NCBI GenBank assembly: GCA_963765205.1
Contig: CAVXVB010000002.1
Coordinates: 32,001-96,000, forward strand
DNA: 64,000 nucleotides
Direction: 5' to 3'
Origin: an uncultured Verrucomicrobiae bacterium
Lineage (GTDB): Bacteria; Verrucomicrobiota; Verrucomicrobiia; Opitutales; JABDGR01
The position numbers and the translations under genes are program-made. Numbering within the stretch: position 1 is the first letter of the stretch; the number at the start of each line of letters is the position of its first letter. The notes under the pieces were generated by a model that saw only the letters and a program-made list of their open reading frames with translations, made no database searches and had not been told where the DNA came from. Shown one piece after another: positions 32,452-41,731 of the stretch.

Positions 32452-33215
32452 CGACGCCCCGCATCTGTTTCGGCCAGCAACCCTGCGGATTTTTCCCGAA
32501 GCGGTTTCTGTTCGCCAAAATCGCCACGGCCCGCCGGCTCCAGGCCGAACTCGGCGGCGAAATTGTCTTCTTCTACCACGACAGCGACCACGACCCGCGC
32601 GAAACAACGACTATTTTGCATTACCTCCGCACCGGCGAGGCGGCGCGCCTTAACTTCGCCTTCGCCAATAAAATCCAGCGCAAGTGGTCACCCCTCTACC
32701 TCAAGCGGGTTTTGCCCGACTGGCACGCGAACACGACCCGACAATTACCGGCTTTTGTCGACCAGCGCTGGGTCGCGGCGTTCAAAAACATCGCACTGAC
32801 GAACGTCGCCGACTTTTGCCTTGAGATGTATCGCGCAATGGGCCTACTCGACCATATCCGCGTCGTGCGCTCGAGCGACCCGGCCGTGCGCCGCGCGGCG
32901 TGCGAGGTGGCGGATTATTTTGTGGACGTGCCTTTTCAGGGCGAAATCGCGCGGGCGCGGGTGGTCGCGGGCGCGCTGCAATTGCACCAGGGCGGGAGTT
33001 GCCATTTGACGCTGCCGCTGGTTGACTTGACGAAGGAGCAGGTCAGCCCCGCGCGCGACACGCGCCTGCGCTGGATGCAGTCCGTCGTGCGCTGCACGTA
33101 CTACGTGGCCGGCCTCGGCGAACAAGCCTACCTGAACCGCGCCGACGCCCCCGACGTCACCTTTATCAACCGCGACGAAATCGAACGATCCGATGAAGCC
33201 TACACCGACACCTAA
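32448..33215 (+). CDS. Minimal BshC-like protein (putative bacillithiol cysteine-adding enzyme)
   Basis: GQQ..K...A..L, VFF...SDHD..E, SP....R...Q and YVAG.GE.AY match BshC motifs in order; adjacent to bshB1 and bshA. Confidence 0.7.
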   Translation: MTTPRICFGQQPCGFFPKRFLFAKIATARRLQAELGGEIVFFYHDSDHDPRETTTILHYLRTGEAARLNFAFANKIQRKWSPLYLKRVLPDWHANTTRQLPAFVDQRWVAAFKNIALTNVADFCLEMYRAMGLLDHIRVVRSSDPAVRRAACEVADYFVDVPFQGEIARARVVAGALQLHQGGSCHLTLPLVDLTKEQVSPARDTRLRWMQSVVRCTYYVAGLGEQAYLNRADAPDVTFINRDEIERSDEAYTDT

Positions 33216-33897
33216 TAACGCGACTCTCCTGGCCTTTGGCGCGCACCCCGATGATATTGAATTCGGCTGCGGCGGCGTCATCGCGCGCGAGACCCGCGCG
33301 GGTTGCGCCGCGCACTTCGTCGTCTGCTCGCGCGGCGAGGCCGGCACCAACGGCACGCCGCGCCAGCGCGTGGCCGAGGCCAAAAGCGCGGCCGGCATCC
33401 TCGGCGCAACCCTCGAATTTCTCGAGCTGGACGGCGACGCGCACCTCGAAGTGCGCGCCGCGCACGCGCTGAAACTGGCGCGCATCCTCCGCCGCGTGCG
33501 GCCCGCCGTGGTGCTTGCGCCGACGGTCGATCCCAACCAGCATCCCGACCACTGGCGGCTGGGCCAGCTCGTGCGCGACGCCGCGCGCCTCGCGCGTTAC
33601 GGCGGCTTAAAGGAATTGCGCCCGCTCGCCCCGCACACGATTGGCCGGCTTTTCTTCTACGCCGTCACCCCCGACGCCGAGCCGCCCGGCGCGCTGCCGA
33701 TGCTGGTGGACATCTCCCCGCCCGCAATCATGCAAGCCTGGACCGCCGCGATGAAAGCCCACGCCTCGCAAATGAAAACCCGCAACTACGTCGAGTTCCA
33801 ACTCGCCCGCGCTAGAGTGCATGGCATGAGGGCCGGGCTGAAATTCGCGCAGGCGCTGTTTCCGAACGACCCACTCGTTTTGGATTCTATTATCTGA
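33193..33897 (+). CDS. bshB1: BshB1-like GlcNAc-malate deacetylase (PIG-L family)
   Basis: FGAHPDDIEFGCGG, GEAGTNGT...R..EA..AA.ILG, HPDH and HASQ motifs; bshA context. Confidence 0.8.
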   Translation: MKPTPTPNNATLLAFGAHPDDIEFGCGGVIARETRAGCAAHFVVCSRGEAGTNGTPRQRVAEAKSAAGILGATLEFLELDGDAHLEVRAAHALKLARILRRVRPAVVLAPTVDPNQHPDHWRLGQLVRDAARLARYGGLKELRPLAPHTIGRLFFYAVTPDAEPPGALPMLVDISPPAIMQAWTAAMKAHASQMKTRNYVEFQLARARVHGMRAGLKFAQALFPNDPLVLDSII

Positions 33898-33922
33898 TTT
33901 TGAACTTTAATGCATTTTTCTT

Positions 33923-34603
33923 GTGTCGATCACTACCAAAATTAACGCTTTTCAAAAGCGGGGTCAAAGCGATCAGCATCATCGCTATTACTCCTGGGTA
34001 TATTGCTATCGCTATTTTCAAAGTTCTTGGAACGATGGAGGTTTCACATCCAAAGACGAAGCTGCATTGCAGCTTGGTTTTTATCTGGCGAGTTGGGGTA
34101 TGTATAGGGGATCAGGCTTCCTTTTAAAAAAAGCGTATACCATCCACATTGATACTGTTCAGTTGTTATTAGAAAAACGATGGCGCCCCCTTTGGTGCAC
34201 TGAATTTGGGGTCCGTTTTAACGATCAGGAATTGATAGACCTTGCCTTGAAGCTTTTTAAAAGCATTCATCAGTGCTATCGTTCTAATGATTCTAGTATT
34301 CCAACAAACCAACCTAGTGACACGCTAATCACAAAAATTCTTTTAGGGACGGTTGGCTGCTTGCCGGCTTGTGATCGTTGCTTTGTCGCGGCTTTTAAGC
34401 ATGAAAAAAACCCATTTTCTTCTGTGAACGAAAAATTTATTTACCGACTTATTGAATTCTGCGGGGAAAATGTAAGAGAGCTGAACGCCATCCAGCGTTC
34501 TATAGAGCAAAAGGACGGGTTTCGTTTCCCTATTATGAAGCTAGTAGATATGTATTTTTACCAAGTAGGTCGCGACTTGGATTCAAATTCGGAAAAAGAC
34601 TAA
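33923..34603 (+). CDS. AT-rich conserved-looking hypothetical protein inserted in the bsh operon
   Basis: RYYSWVYCY, LGFYLASWGMYRGS, DTLITKILLGTVGCLPACD and MKLVDMYF motifs; sharp composition shift. Confidence 0.75.
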   Translation: MSITTKINAFQKRGQSDQHHRYYSWVYCYRYFQSSWNDGGFTSKDEAALQLGFYLASWGMYRGSGFLLKKAYTIHIDTVQLLLEKRWRPLWCTEFGVRFNDQELIDLALKLFKSIHQCYRSNDSSIPTNQPSDTLITKILLGTVGCLPACDRCFVAAFKHEKNPFSSVNEKFIYRLIEFCGENVRELNAIQRSIEQKDGFRFPIMKLVDMYFYQVGRDLDSNSEKD

Positions 34604-35742
34604 TGACTACCTCTCGTCCCCTCAAAATCGGCATCACCTGCTACCCGTCGGTGGGGGGGAGCGGGGTGTTGGCGTCGGCGCTGGGTGAGGAGCTGGCGGG
34701 GCGGGGGCATGAGGTGCATTTCATCAGCTACGAGCGCCCGTTCCGCATCCCGCACGATTTGCCGCGGCTACAATTCCATCCGGTGGTCATCAACGACTAC
34801 GGGCTGTTCAAATACCCGGACTACACGCTGCCGCTGTCGGTGAAAATGGCCGAGGTCAGCCGCGACTACGGGCTGGACGTCCTGCACGTCCATTACGCGG
34901 TGCCGCACGCGACGGCCGCCATCCTCGCGCGCGACATGCTGCCGCCGGAGCGGCGCCCGCGCGTCGTCACCACCCTGCACGGCACGGACACGACGCTGCT
35001 CGGGCGCGACGCGGGTTACGGCCCGGCCATCCGTCACGCGCTCGAGCGCTCGGACGCGGTCACGACCGTCTCTGCGTTTTTGGAAAGGGAGACGCGGCGC
35101 CTGCTCGCCGTCGAGCGGCCCATCGAGGTCATCCACAATTTCTTTGCCCCGCGCGCGCCGAAACATTCGCGCGAGGAAGTGCGGCGCGAACTCGGGCTAA
35201 AAGACGAGGCGCTGATTTTGCACGCTTCGAACCTGCGGCCGCTCAAGCGCATTGACCTCCTGCTGGAAACGGCAGCGCGCCTGCGCCCACGCGAGTCGTT
35301 CAAGCTCTTGATTCTGGCCGGCGACGATTTTGGCCCATTCCAAAGCGAGGTGGCGCGGCTGGGCCTAACCGACCGGGTCATTGTCCGCGAGCGCGTCACC
35401 GAGATGGAAGACTACCTGCAAGCCGCCGACGTGGGGCTGTTCACCTCGGAGACGGAAAGTTTTTGCCTGGGCATTCTGGAAGCGATGTTTTTCGGCTGCC
35501 CCAGCGTGGCCACGGCCGTCGGCGGCATTCCCGAGGTAACGATTTCGGGCGAGACGGGCCTGCTCATCCCCTTTGGCGACGCCGACGCGTTGGCTCGCGC
35601 GGTCGAATCGCTCCTGCACAATCCCGCCCGGCGCGCCGCGTTCGGCCAAGCGGCCCAAGCCCGCGCGCGCGAAAAGTTTACCGCCGCGACGATTGTCCCA
35701 CTCTACGAGGATTTATACCGGCGGGTTTGTGCGGTGAAATAG
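34603..35742 (+). CDS. bshA: N-acetyl-alpha-D-glucosaminyl L-malate synthase (GT4)
   Basis: KIGITCYPSVGGSG, LHVHYAVPHA, VVTTLHGTD, HASNLRPLKR and ESFCL..LEAM motifs. Confidence 0.93.
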   Translation: MTTSRPLKIGITCYPSVGGSGVLASALGEELAGRGHEVHFISYERPFRIPHDLPRLQFHPVVINDYGLFKYPDYTLPLSVKMAEVSRDYGLDVLHVHYAVPHATAAILARDMLPPERRPRVVTTLHGTDTTLLGRDAGYGPAIRHALERSDAVTTVSAFLERETRRLLAVERPIEVIHNFFAPRAPKHSREEVRRELGLKDEALILHASNLRPLKRIDLLLETAARLRPRESFKLLILAGDDFGPFQSEVARLGLTDRVIVRERVTEMEDYLQAADVGLFTSETESFCLGILEAMFFGCPSVATAVGGIPEVTISGETGLLIPFGDADALARAVESLLHNPARRAAFGQAAQARAREKFTAATIVPLYEDLYRRVCAVK

Positions 35743-35893
35743 GGCGCGCTTGGTTATCATTTACCGCACGCCGTTCAACCCTGAACGGCATGCACAACCA
35801 CCCTTTCAGCAACCGCCCCGCTACGCAGGGTTGCTGCTGTGTCGCGTCATCCGGTCAACTGAACCCGGCGTTGAAGCCAGGGGGTGCGTCCCG

Positions 35894-36070
35894 TTATCGG
35901 GATTCGGAGAGCGCCGCCATGGTCTTGGCGATGAAGTTCGAGCGATTCCGGTTCTCGGCATCGGCCATTTTATCAATGCGGGCGACGAGATCGGAAGGCA
36001 TCGAAAGGGAAATCTGGGTCATCCCTTTGGCGCGTGCTGCTCTACGTGTTTTTTTTGTTTTATTTGCCAT
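35894..36070 (-). CDS. Ribbon-helix-helix (CopG-like) DNA-binding protein
   Basis: TQISLSMPSDLVARIDKMADAENRNRSNFI. Confidence 0.75.
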   Translation of the reverse strand: MANKTKKTRRAARAKGMTQISLSMPSDLVARIDKMADAENRNRSNFIAKTMAALSESR

Positions 36071-36198
36071 AGTGTGTGTCATGGTAAGGTTTGCCCCGGC
36101 GAACACAAACATTAATTACTCGCTGGATTAAATGCAAAAGCCCGGTTTGGTTTCGCGACCCTGGCCCGCAAGGTTGTGGCACCAATAGGAGCGCGGAC

Positions 36199-38625
36199 TT
36201 ACCGCAAAGCACGGTGTGGACGGAAAAACGAGCTGACGAGGGCCAGCGAGAGCAGGGAACTCGACGGCATTAAAATCGCCGCGAGGAGGGGATTCATTTT
36301 GCCCGCCAGGCAAAAGCCGCCCACCACGAGGTTGTAAGTGATGGCAAAGGCAATGGCGGCGCGCGCGGCGCGGCGGCGCACCCGGCCCACCGCCAGCAGT
36401 TGCCGCACGCCATCGAGGCTTTGACCGGTGAGAAAAAAGTCCGCAACTTGGCTGAGCACCACACGGTCGGCCACCGGGGTGCCGCGCACCGCGGCGCAGC
36501 GGAACGCGAGCGCATCGTTTGCGCCGTCGCCAAGCATGAGCACGCGCTCCGGCTGGTGCGCGGTGACCCACGCGGCCTTGTCGTCGGGCATCAGGGCACC
36601 ATGGGCGTGGTCGGGCGGCAGCCCCAGTTTCGCTGCGAGTGCGAGGACGTTTTCGGTGCGGTCGCCGCTGAGGATATGGATGTCGTAACCCTCGCCCATG
36701 AGCGCGGCGACTTCGGCGGCGACACCAGGGCGGACGGATTCGGCAAAGCCAAAACCCGCGAGCAAACGACCCTGGTGGCGAAACTCGACGCGGGGCGTGG
36801 CGCGGTCAGGTTCCGTGGATTGTGGGGTAGCCGGCCCATCGCAGCCTGGAATCCAGTCCGGTCGTCCCAGCGACCAATTTTCCGAGCCAATTTCCGCCAC
36901 CAGGCCGAGGCCCGGCGTTTCACGCACGATCAGATTGGTCAAACCGGGCTCCAGGGCATCCGGGTAGCGCAGCAGCGCTTCGCGCAAGCCGCGGCTGAAG
37001 GGATGCAGGCTATTTTCGACGAGTTGGAAAAGAATGCGCCGCTCACCGGACGTGAGTGCTGTGAGGGCCTCCGTGTTTTGCAATACAGGATGTTCGAGCG
37101 TCAGCGTGCCGGTTTTGTCAAAGACGATGGTGCGCACGCGCGCGAGGCGCAACCACAGATGTGTCTCGCGCACAAACACACCCACGCCACGGAGGCGGGC
37201 CACGGCAAATTCGTGCGCCATCGGCAACGCCAGACCGAGCACGCACGGGCAGGACACCACCAGCAAGGAAAGCGTCACCCGTGCGGCCGTAATGGGTTGG
37301 TCCGCCGCCAGCCAGACGAGGCCGCCCGCCAACGCGAGCACCAGCACGGTGGCGAGGTAAACTTTGAGCGCGCGTTCGAGGCCGGTGGCACGCGGACGGC
37401 CATCGGCGCAGGCCTTCAGCAGACGCGCGAGCAACGAATCATCCCAGCGCTCCTGGGCTTGGAAGGTCAAATCCGCCTGCCCGGCGTTGAGGGCGCCGGC
37501 GGGCGCGAGGCGGCCGGCGGGCAGGCGGCGCGGTTCGGGTTCGCCCGTTATCCACGCCAGGCCGAGGGTTGCTTCGTGGTTAAGCACGCGCGCCGCCACG
37601 GGCAAAAGCTGGCCGGGGCCGATCAAAAAACAGTCCCCGGCAACCAGCGACTCCAGCGCGATAGAGCCGCCCGCCACCCCGGCCCGGCGCACTGAGGAAG
37701 GCACGGGATTGAGGCGGAGCAATTGATGGCGATTGCGCTCGATGGCGGTTTCCTGGGTCCAGCGGCCCACGAGCATAAAAAACATAAACAGGGAAACGAA
37801 ATCGAAATAGGCCAGTTCGGGATGCCCAAACATCCAGCCGGCGAGCGAGCCAAGATACGCGCCCGTCACGCCGAGTGCAATGGGTAGGTCGAGGTCGAGC
37901 ACGCCGATGCGCAAGCCGCGCCACGCCCGCGCCATGAAATAACCACCACCGACGATGAGGCTCAACGTCGCACACACCGCGGTGATGGCGGCAAACAGGC
38001 CGGTCCATTCACTTTCGCGCGCGAGGCCGATATAGCCCGGCAGCGTGAAGAGCATGTTGTTGAGGGCGAGGGCCGCACAAATGCCGAGCCGGCCGGCCAG
38101 CGCGCGGCTGCCAGGTGGCATGGGGCCGTCGAGGGGGCCGAGTTGGTAGCCGAAGCGGTGGAGTTCGCCCGCGATGGCCGACAAGTCCGCCACCTGCGAC
38201 TCCCAGGTCAGGCGCGCGCGACCGCGCGGGGCGTCCACCTCGATGCGCACGGCGCCGGGCTGGCGGGAAAAAACTTGATCCACCAGCCAGACACAAGCTA
38301 CGCAGGCGAGGCCCTGAATTTGGACGGACAATTCGGCCACCCCCCTGACCGCGCGCGTTTCCGCGTCGGCCTGGCGCGAACGCAACCAGGAGAAATCCAC
38401 CGGTTGCAAAATCGAAGGCGCCACCGGCGGAATTATCGTGGACTTTAAATCATAATAGCGACCCCAGCCGGCCTGGTAGATAAGGCCATGGACATATTCA
38501 CAGCCGGCGCAGCAAAACTCGGTCTGGCCAGCGGCCAGCGGCGTGCCGCAATGCTGGCAACCGCGGGTTGCTTCCGCGTGAGCTGCCGTCAGTATGGGGC
38601 GCGGGGGATCAAGGGCTAATGACAT
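36199..38625 (-). CDS. ccoI: CcoI/FixI heavy-metal P1B-type ATPase
   Basis: CQHCG..FCCAGC, CVAC, TGE, SCPC, DKTGTLT, HP and GDGAND motifs; cco cluster context. Confidence 0.92.
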   Translation of the reverse strand: MSLALDPPRPILTAAHAEATRGCQHCGTPLAAGQTEFCCAGCEYVHGLIYQAGWGRYYDLKSTIIPPVAPSILQPVDFSWLRSRQADAETRAVRGVAELSVQIQGLACVACVWLVDQVFSRQPGAVRIEVDAPRGRARLTWESQVADLSAIAGELHRFGYQLGPLDGPMPPGSRALAGRLGICAALALNNMLFTLPGYIGLARESEWTGLFAAITAVCATLSLIVGGGYFMARAWRGLRIGVLDLDLPIALGVTGAYLGSLAGWMFGHPELAYFDFVSLFMFFMLVGRWTQETAIERNRHQLLRLNPVPSSVRRAGVAGGSIALESLVAGDCFLIGPGQLLPVAARVLNHEATLGLAWITGEPEPRRLPAGRLAPAGALNAGQADLTFQAQERWDDSLLARLLKACADGRPRATGLERALKVYLATVLVLALAGGLVWLAADQPITAARVTLSLLVVSCPCVLGLALPMAHEFAVARLRGVGVFVRETHLWLRLARVRTIVFDKTGTLTLEHPVLQNTEALTALTSGERRILFQLVENSLHPFSRGLREALLRYPDALEPGLTNLIVRETPGLGLVAEIGSENWSLGRPDWIPGCDGPATPQSTEPDRATPRVEFRHQGRLLAGFGFAESVRPGVAAEVAALMGEGYDIHILSGDRTENVLALAAKLGLPPDHAHGALMPDDKAAWVTAHQPERVLMLGDGANDALAFRCAAVRGTPVADRVVLSQVADFFLTGQSLDGVRQLLAVGRVRRRAARAAIAFAITYNLVVGGFCLAGKMNPLLAAILMPSSSLLSLALVSSFFRPHRALR

Positions 38626-39302
38626 ATTGCCTCCAGCCAATGGGTGCCACCGGATGAGGCGCGCCAGGCGACGATGCCTGCGGCGCCGAGCGCAACCGCG
38701 CTTTGCGTCCAGCGCACGCGTGCGGGGGAAAAGTGGATTTGCCAGCGGGCGAGGCCGGCTTGCACGAGCCAGAGCAGCGGCAAAGTGCCCAGGCCAAAGG
38801 CCAAAGCGAGCGTCGCGCCGTGCACTGCGGAGCCGGCAAACAAGCACACGGTAAATAAAACATACAACGGCCCGCACGGCAGCAGGGGCGTGGCCGCGCC
38901 CAGCAGTGCGCCCAGCAACGGTGCGGGTGTATTCCGCGCCAAGCACATGATCCGACCATGCCAGCGGGAAAGCCACAGCGGCTTCGGCAGCCACCGATCC
39001 AACCGCAGGGCGAAGATGACCAGAAACAAGACGAGCACCCACGGCAACGCCCTGGCCAGCGGCCAGGTAAACGCTTTTTCGGTGACGGTACCGATACCGC
39101 CCGCCAGCGCGCCAATCACCGCATAGGCCGTTAACCGCACACTCTGGTAAACCGACATGGCTGGCAGGGTCGCAGCCGCCGGGCGGCCGGCGGTGAGCAC
39201 TGCGCATCCGAGCGGCCCGCACATTAGCGCGCAATGCGGACTGGTCGCCAGCCCGATTAAAAAGGCCGCCGCAACGCCATCAATGGATGCTGGGGAAAAC
39301 AT
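38616..39302 (-). CDS. DsbD_2 / sulfite exporter TauE-like cbb3 biogenesis membrane protein
   Basis: SPHCALMCGPL, LLPCG.LY and AFGLGTLP motifs. Confidence 0.88.
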   Translation of the reverse strand: MFSPASIDGVAAAFLIGLATSPHCALMCGPLGCAVLTAGRPAAATLPAMSVYQSVRLTAYAVIGALAGGIGTVTEKAFTWPLARALPWVLVLFLVIFALRLDRWLPKPLWLSRWHGRIMCLARNTPAPLLGALLGAATPLLPCGPLYVLFTVCLFAGSAVHGATLALAFGLGTLPLLWLVQAGLARWQIHFSPARVRWTQSAVALGAAGIVAWRASSGGTHWLEAICH

Positions 39303-39320
39303 GGAGCAAGCGCGAGTGGC

Positions 39321-39548
39321 TTAGGGCGTGGATCGTGCCACGGAAATATTTTCAGCTTTGACATCCCGCGCTGGATTATTGGCCGCGATGATTAAAAAAA
39401 TCGTCCAGGCTACAAGTAACGCGGCAAAGGCGGCGGCGCACCACAGCCAAGGCCAGCGCACCAACGGATTGCGGGATGGGGCGGCGGGGTTAATGGCGTG
39501 GGTGGGGCAGTGTCCTCGCGCAGGAGCCGTGCATCCGGCCCCAACCAT
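39321..39548 (-). CDS. Small membrane protein in the CcoH position (start uncertain)
   Basis: RWPWLW followed by a single TM, directly after ccoG. Confidence 0.5.
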   Translation of the reverse strand: MVGAGCTAPARGHCPTHAINPAAPSRNPLVRWPWLWCAAAFAALLVAWTIFLIIAANNPARDVKAENISVARSTP

Positions 39549-40909
39549 TCAACCCGCAAGGGAAGCGTAAAAGAGGGGTCCGTACCCATGACGCGTACGG
39601 TGACGTTGGCCGGCCCGGCATAGTCGCCGCGGTTTTGTTGCAGGACGATGGGCAGCACCGTTTCATCGCTGGGCGGTAATATGACCGTGTCGTTGGTGCC
39701 GACCAGGTGTAGTCCCGCCGGTGCGTTTTCCAGAGCGAAGTGCAAGGACTGCGGAGCATCGTGCTTGTTGATGAGGCGGAGGTTGAACTGGTTGCGCACG
39801 GTGTCAGGCGTGATGAAATAGGGCCGGCCGGTCATGCGCACAATCGAGGCGTCCACCGGCCGCAGGGTCGAAAAGCTGAACAAGGCCACGGTGGCGCCGA
39901 TCAACAGTAGCATGGTGTAGAGAATCATGCGTGGGCGCAGCACGCGGCGGCGCTTGCCGACCAGCCCGTTGAGCGAATCATAACGCACCAGGCCGCGCGG
40001 GCGGCCCAGCTTTTCCATCACTTGATTGCAGGCGTCAATGCAGCCGGCGCAGCCGATGCACTCGATTTGAAAACCCTGGCGGATGTCAATGCCCGTGGGG
40101 CATACTTGCACGCAGCGCAGGCAATTCGCGCAGGCGCCCGCTGCGGGGTCGGTGGCTTTGCCGCGCGGCTCGCCGCGTTTCGCGTCATAGCCGATGACCA
40201 GCGTGTCGTCATCCGTGAGCGCCGACTGGAAGCGCCCGTAGGGGCACAAAATGAGGCAGAATTGCTCCCGAAACCAGGCGAAGTTGAAATAGAGCAGCCC
40301 GGTGAGCGCCGCCACGAACAGGAACGCGCTCCAATGCTGGGCCGGGTCGTCGCGCATCCACTCGTAGAGTTGCGGGATCGAAACAAAATAGGCCAGAAAG
40401 AGGTGCGCGATGATGGCGGAGAGCAACAGGAAGATCACCACTTTGGCGCCCCGGCGGAAAAATTTGTCCGGGGTGGCCCACGATTGGCTGTCCAACAGGC
40501 GCTGATGGTGCGCAGGGCCTTCGAGCCAGCGTTCGACGCGGCGGTAGAGATGTTCGAGAAAAATCGTTTGCGGACAGGCCCACCCGCACCAGATGCGCCC
40601 GAGCAGCGCCGTGACGTAAAACAACGTGAAGCCCAAGCCGGTGATGAGGAAAAACATCAGCCACAGATCCTGCGGAGCAAACGTCAGCCCGAACAAATGG
40701 AAACGCCGTTGCGCGACATCCAGAAATACCGCCGGGTAGCCGTTGATTTTAATCCAGGGCAACAAGACATACACGCCCATGATCACGACGGCGGCCAGCC
40801 GCCGACTTTGCGTGAACTTGCCATCCACGTCCGCCGGGTGCAGAAAATTGCGCGAGCCATCGCGGTTGATGGTCGTGACGACATCACGGTTGGGCAGGGA
40901 AATGGCCAT
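39410..40909 (-). CDS. ccoG: Cytochrome c oxidase accessory protein CcoG
   Basis: GRIWCGWACPQT, REQFC...CPYGR.QS, CVQVCPTGIDIR and ECIGCAGCIDAC motifs. Confidence 0.95.
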   Translation of the reverse strand: MAISLPNRDVVTTINRDGSRNFLHPADVDGKFTQSRRLAAVVIMGVYVLLPWIKINGYPAVFLDVAQRRFHLFGLTFAPQDLWLMFFLITGLGFTLFYVTALLGRIWCGWACPQTIFLEHLYRRVERWLEGPAHHQRLLDSQSWATPDKFFRRGAKVVIFLLLSAIIAHLFLAYFVSIPQLYEWMRDDPAQHWSAFLFVAALTGLLYFNFAWFREQFCLILCPYGRFQSALTDDDTLVIGYDAKRGEPRGKATDPAAGACANCLRCVQVCPTGIDIRQGFQIECIGCAGCIDACNQVMEKLGRPRGLVRYDSLNGLVGKRRRVLRPRMILYTMLLLIGATVALFSFSTLRPVDASIVRMTGRPYFITPDTVRNQFNLRLINKHDAPQSLHFALENAPAGLHLVGTNDTVILPPSDETVLPIVLQQNRGDYAGPANVTVRVMGTDPSFTLPLRVEWLGPDARLLREDTAPPTPLTPPPHPAIRWCAGLGCGAPPPLPRYL

Positions 40910-40919
40910 GGTAGCGAGA

Positions 40920-41513
40920 TTACGGTTGCGCGGGCTTGTGCTGGAGCGTGGGCTCCTGGTCGCGCGGGATGAGAATCATGTTGTTCGGGTCCTGCTTGCT
41001 GAGCAGAAACGCGACGACTTGGGTGATTTTTTGCGGGCCGAGTTGGGCACCCCAGGTGGGCATCCCCGTGCCCGGCACGCCTTTGGTCACCACCATGAAA
41101 ATTTCCATCGGCTTGGTGCCATGCACCCACAGGTTGTCGCTGAGCCGGAACCCGATGCCGCCTTGCAAGTTAACGCCGTGGCAGGTGTAGCAGATGCTTT
41201 GGTAAACCTTTTCGCCTTGGGCGACGATGGTTTGGTTGCGGGACATACCCCACAGGGTTTTGTCATCGAGGTTCTTAATAGCAGCGAAACGCCTGGCGTC
41301 CAATGCGTCCATTTGGCTGTCGAGCCGGCGCGTGTCGGCGTCGGCACCCTTGTCCGTGGTGAAAAACAGCCACGCGAACGCCCCAAAGGCGATGGCGCCA
41401 AACAGGGTATAGAGCCACCAATTCGGCAGCCGCTGGTCGAACTCCTGAATGCCGTCGAAAGAATGCTCGCGGAGCACCACTTCGTTATCGGTCGGTTTTT
41501 TGGGAGGGTTCAT
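40920..41513 (-). CDS. ccoP: cbb3 oxidase subunit III (monoheme)
   Basis: HSFDGIQEFDQRLPNWW, one CYTCH and GMPTWG. Confidence 0.92.
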   Translation of the reverse strand: MNPPKKPTDNEVVLREHSFDGIQEFDQRLPNWWLYTLFGAIAFGAFAWLFFTTDKGADADTRRLDSQMDALDARRFAAIKNLDDKTLWGMSRNQTIVAQGEKVYQSICYTCHGVNLQGGIGFRLSDNLWVHGTKPMEIFMVVTKGVPGTGMPTWGAQLGPQKITQVVAFLLSKQDPNNMILIPRDQEPTLQHKPAQP

Positions 41514-41526
41514 GATCGGGAAAAAG

Positions 41527-41718
41527 TTAGTGGGGGTCGTTCTTCGGCGACCGGGGCACTTCGTGGTCATCAAGTGGCAGGCGTGCGGCGCGCTCCGCGT
41601 GGCGCGAATCCATCCGCCAGAGGCGCAACGCGGAAAACGCATACACGCCGAACACAATCGCGAAGGCGATGGCCGGAACCCAGGCAAGCCAATCCTCGTA
41701 ATTCAAATGATAGAGCAT
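41527..41718 (-). CDS. CcoQ-like small subunit
   Basis: Single TM followed by ARLPLDD, between ccoNO and ccoP. Confidence 0.75.
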   Translation of the reverse strand: MLYHLNYEDWLAWVPAIAFAIVFGVYAFSALRLWRMDSRHAERAARLPLDDHEVPRSPKNDPH

Positions 41719-41731
41719 GGGTGGTGATGGG

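Noticed and set aside
38626..39234. N-terminal extension making CcoI 1011 aa
   Set aside because: It overlaps the DsbD_2-like gene in another frame. The real start is ATG 38625, just before the CxxC motif
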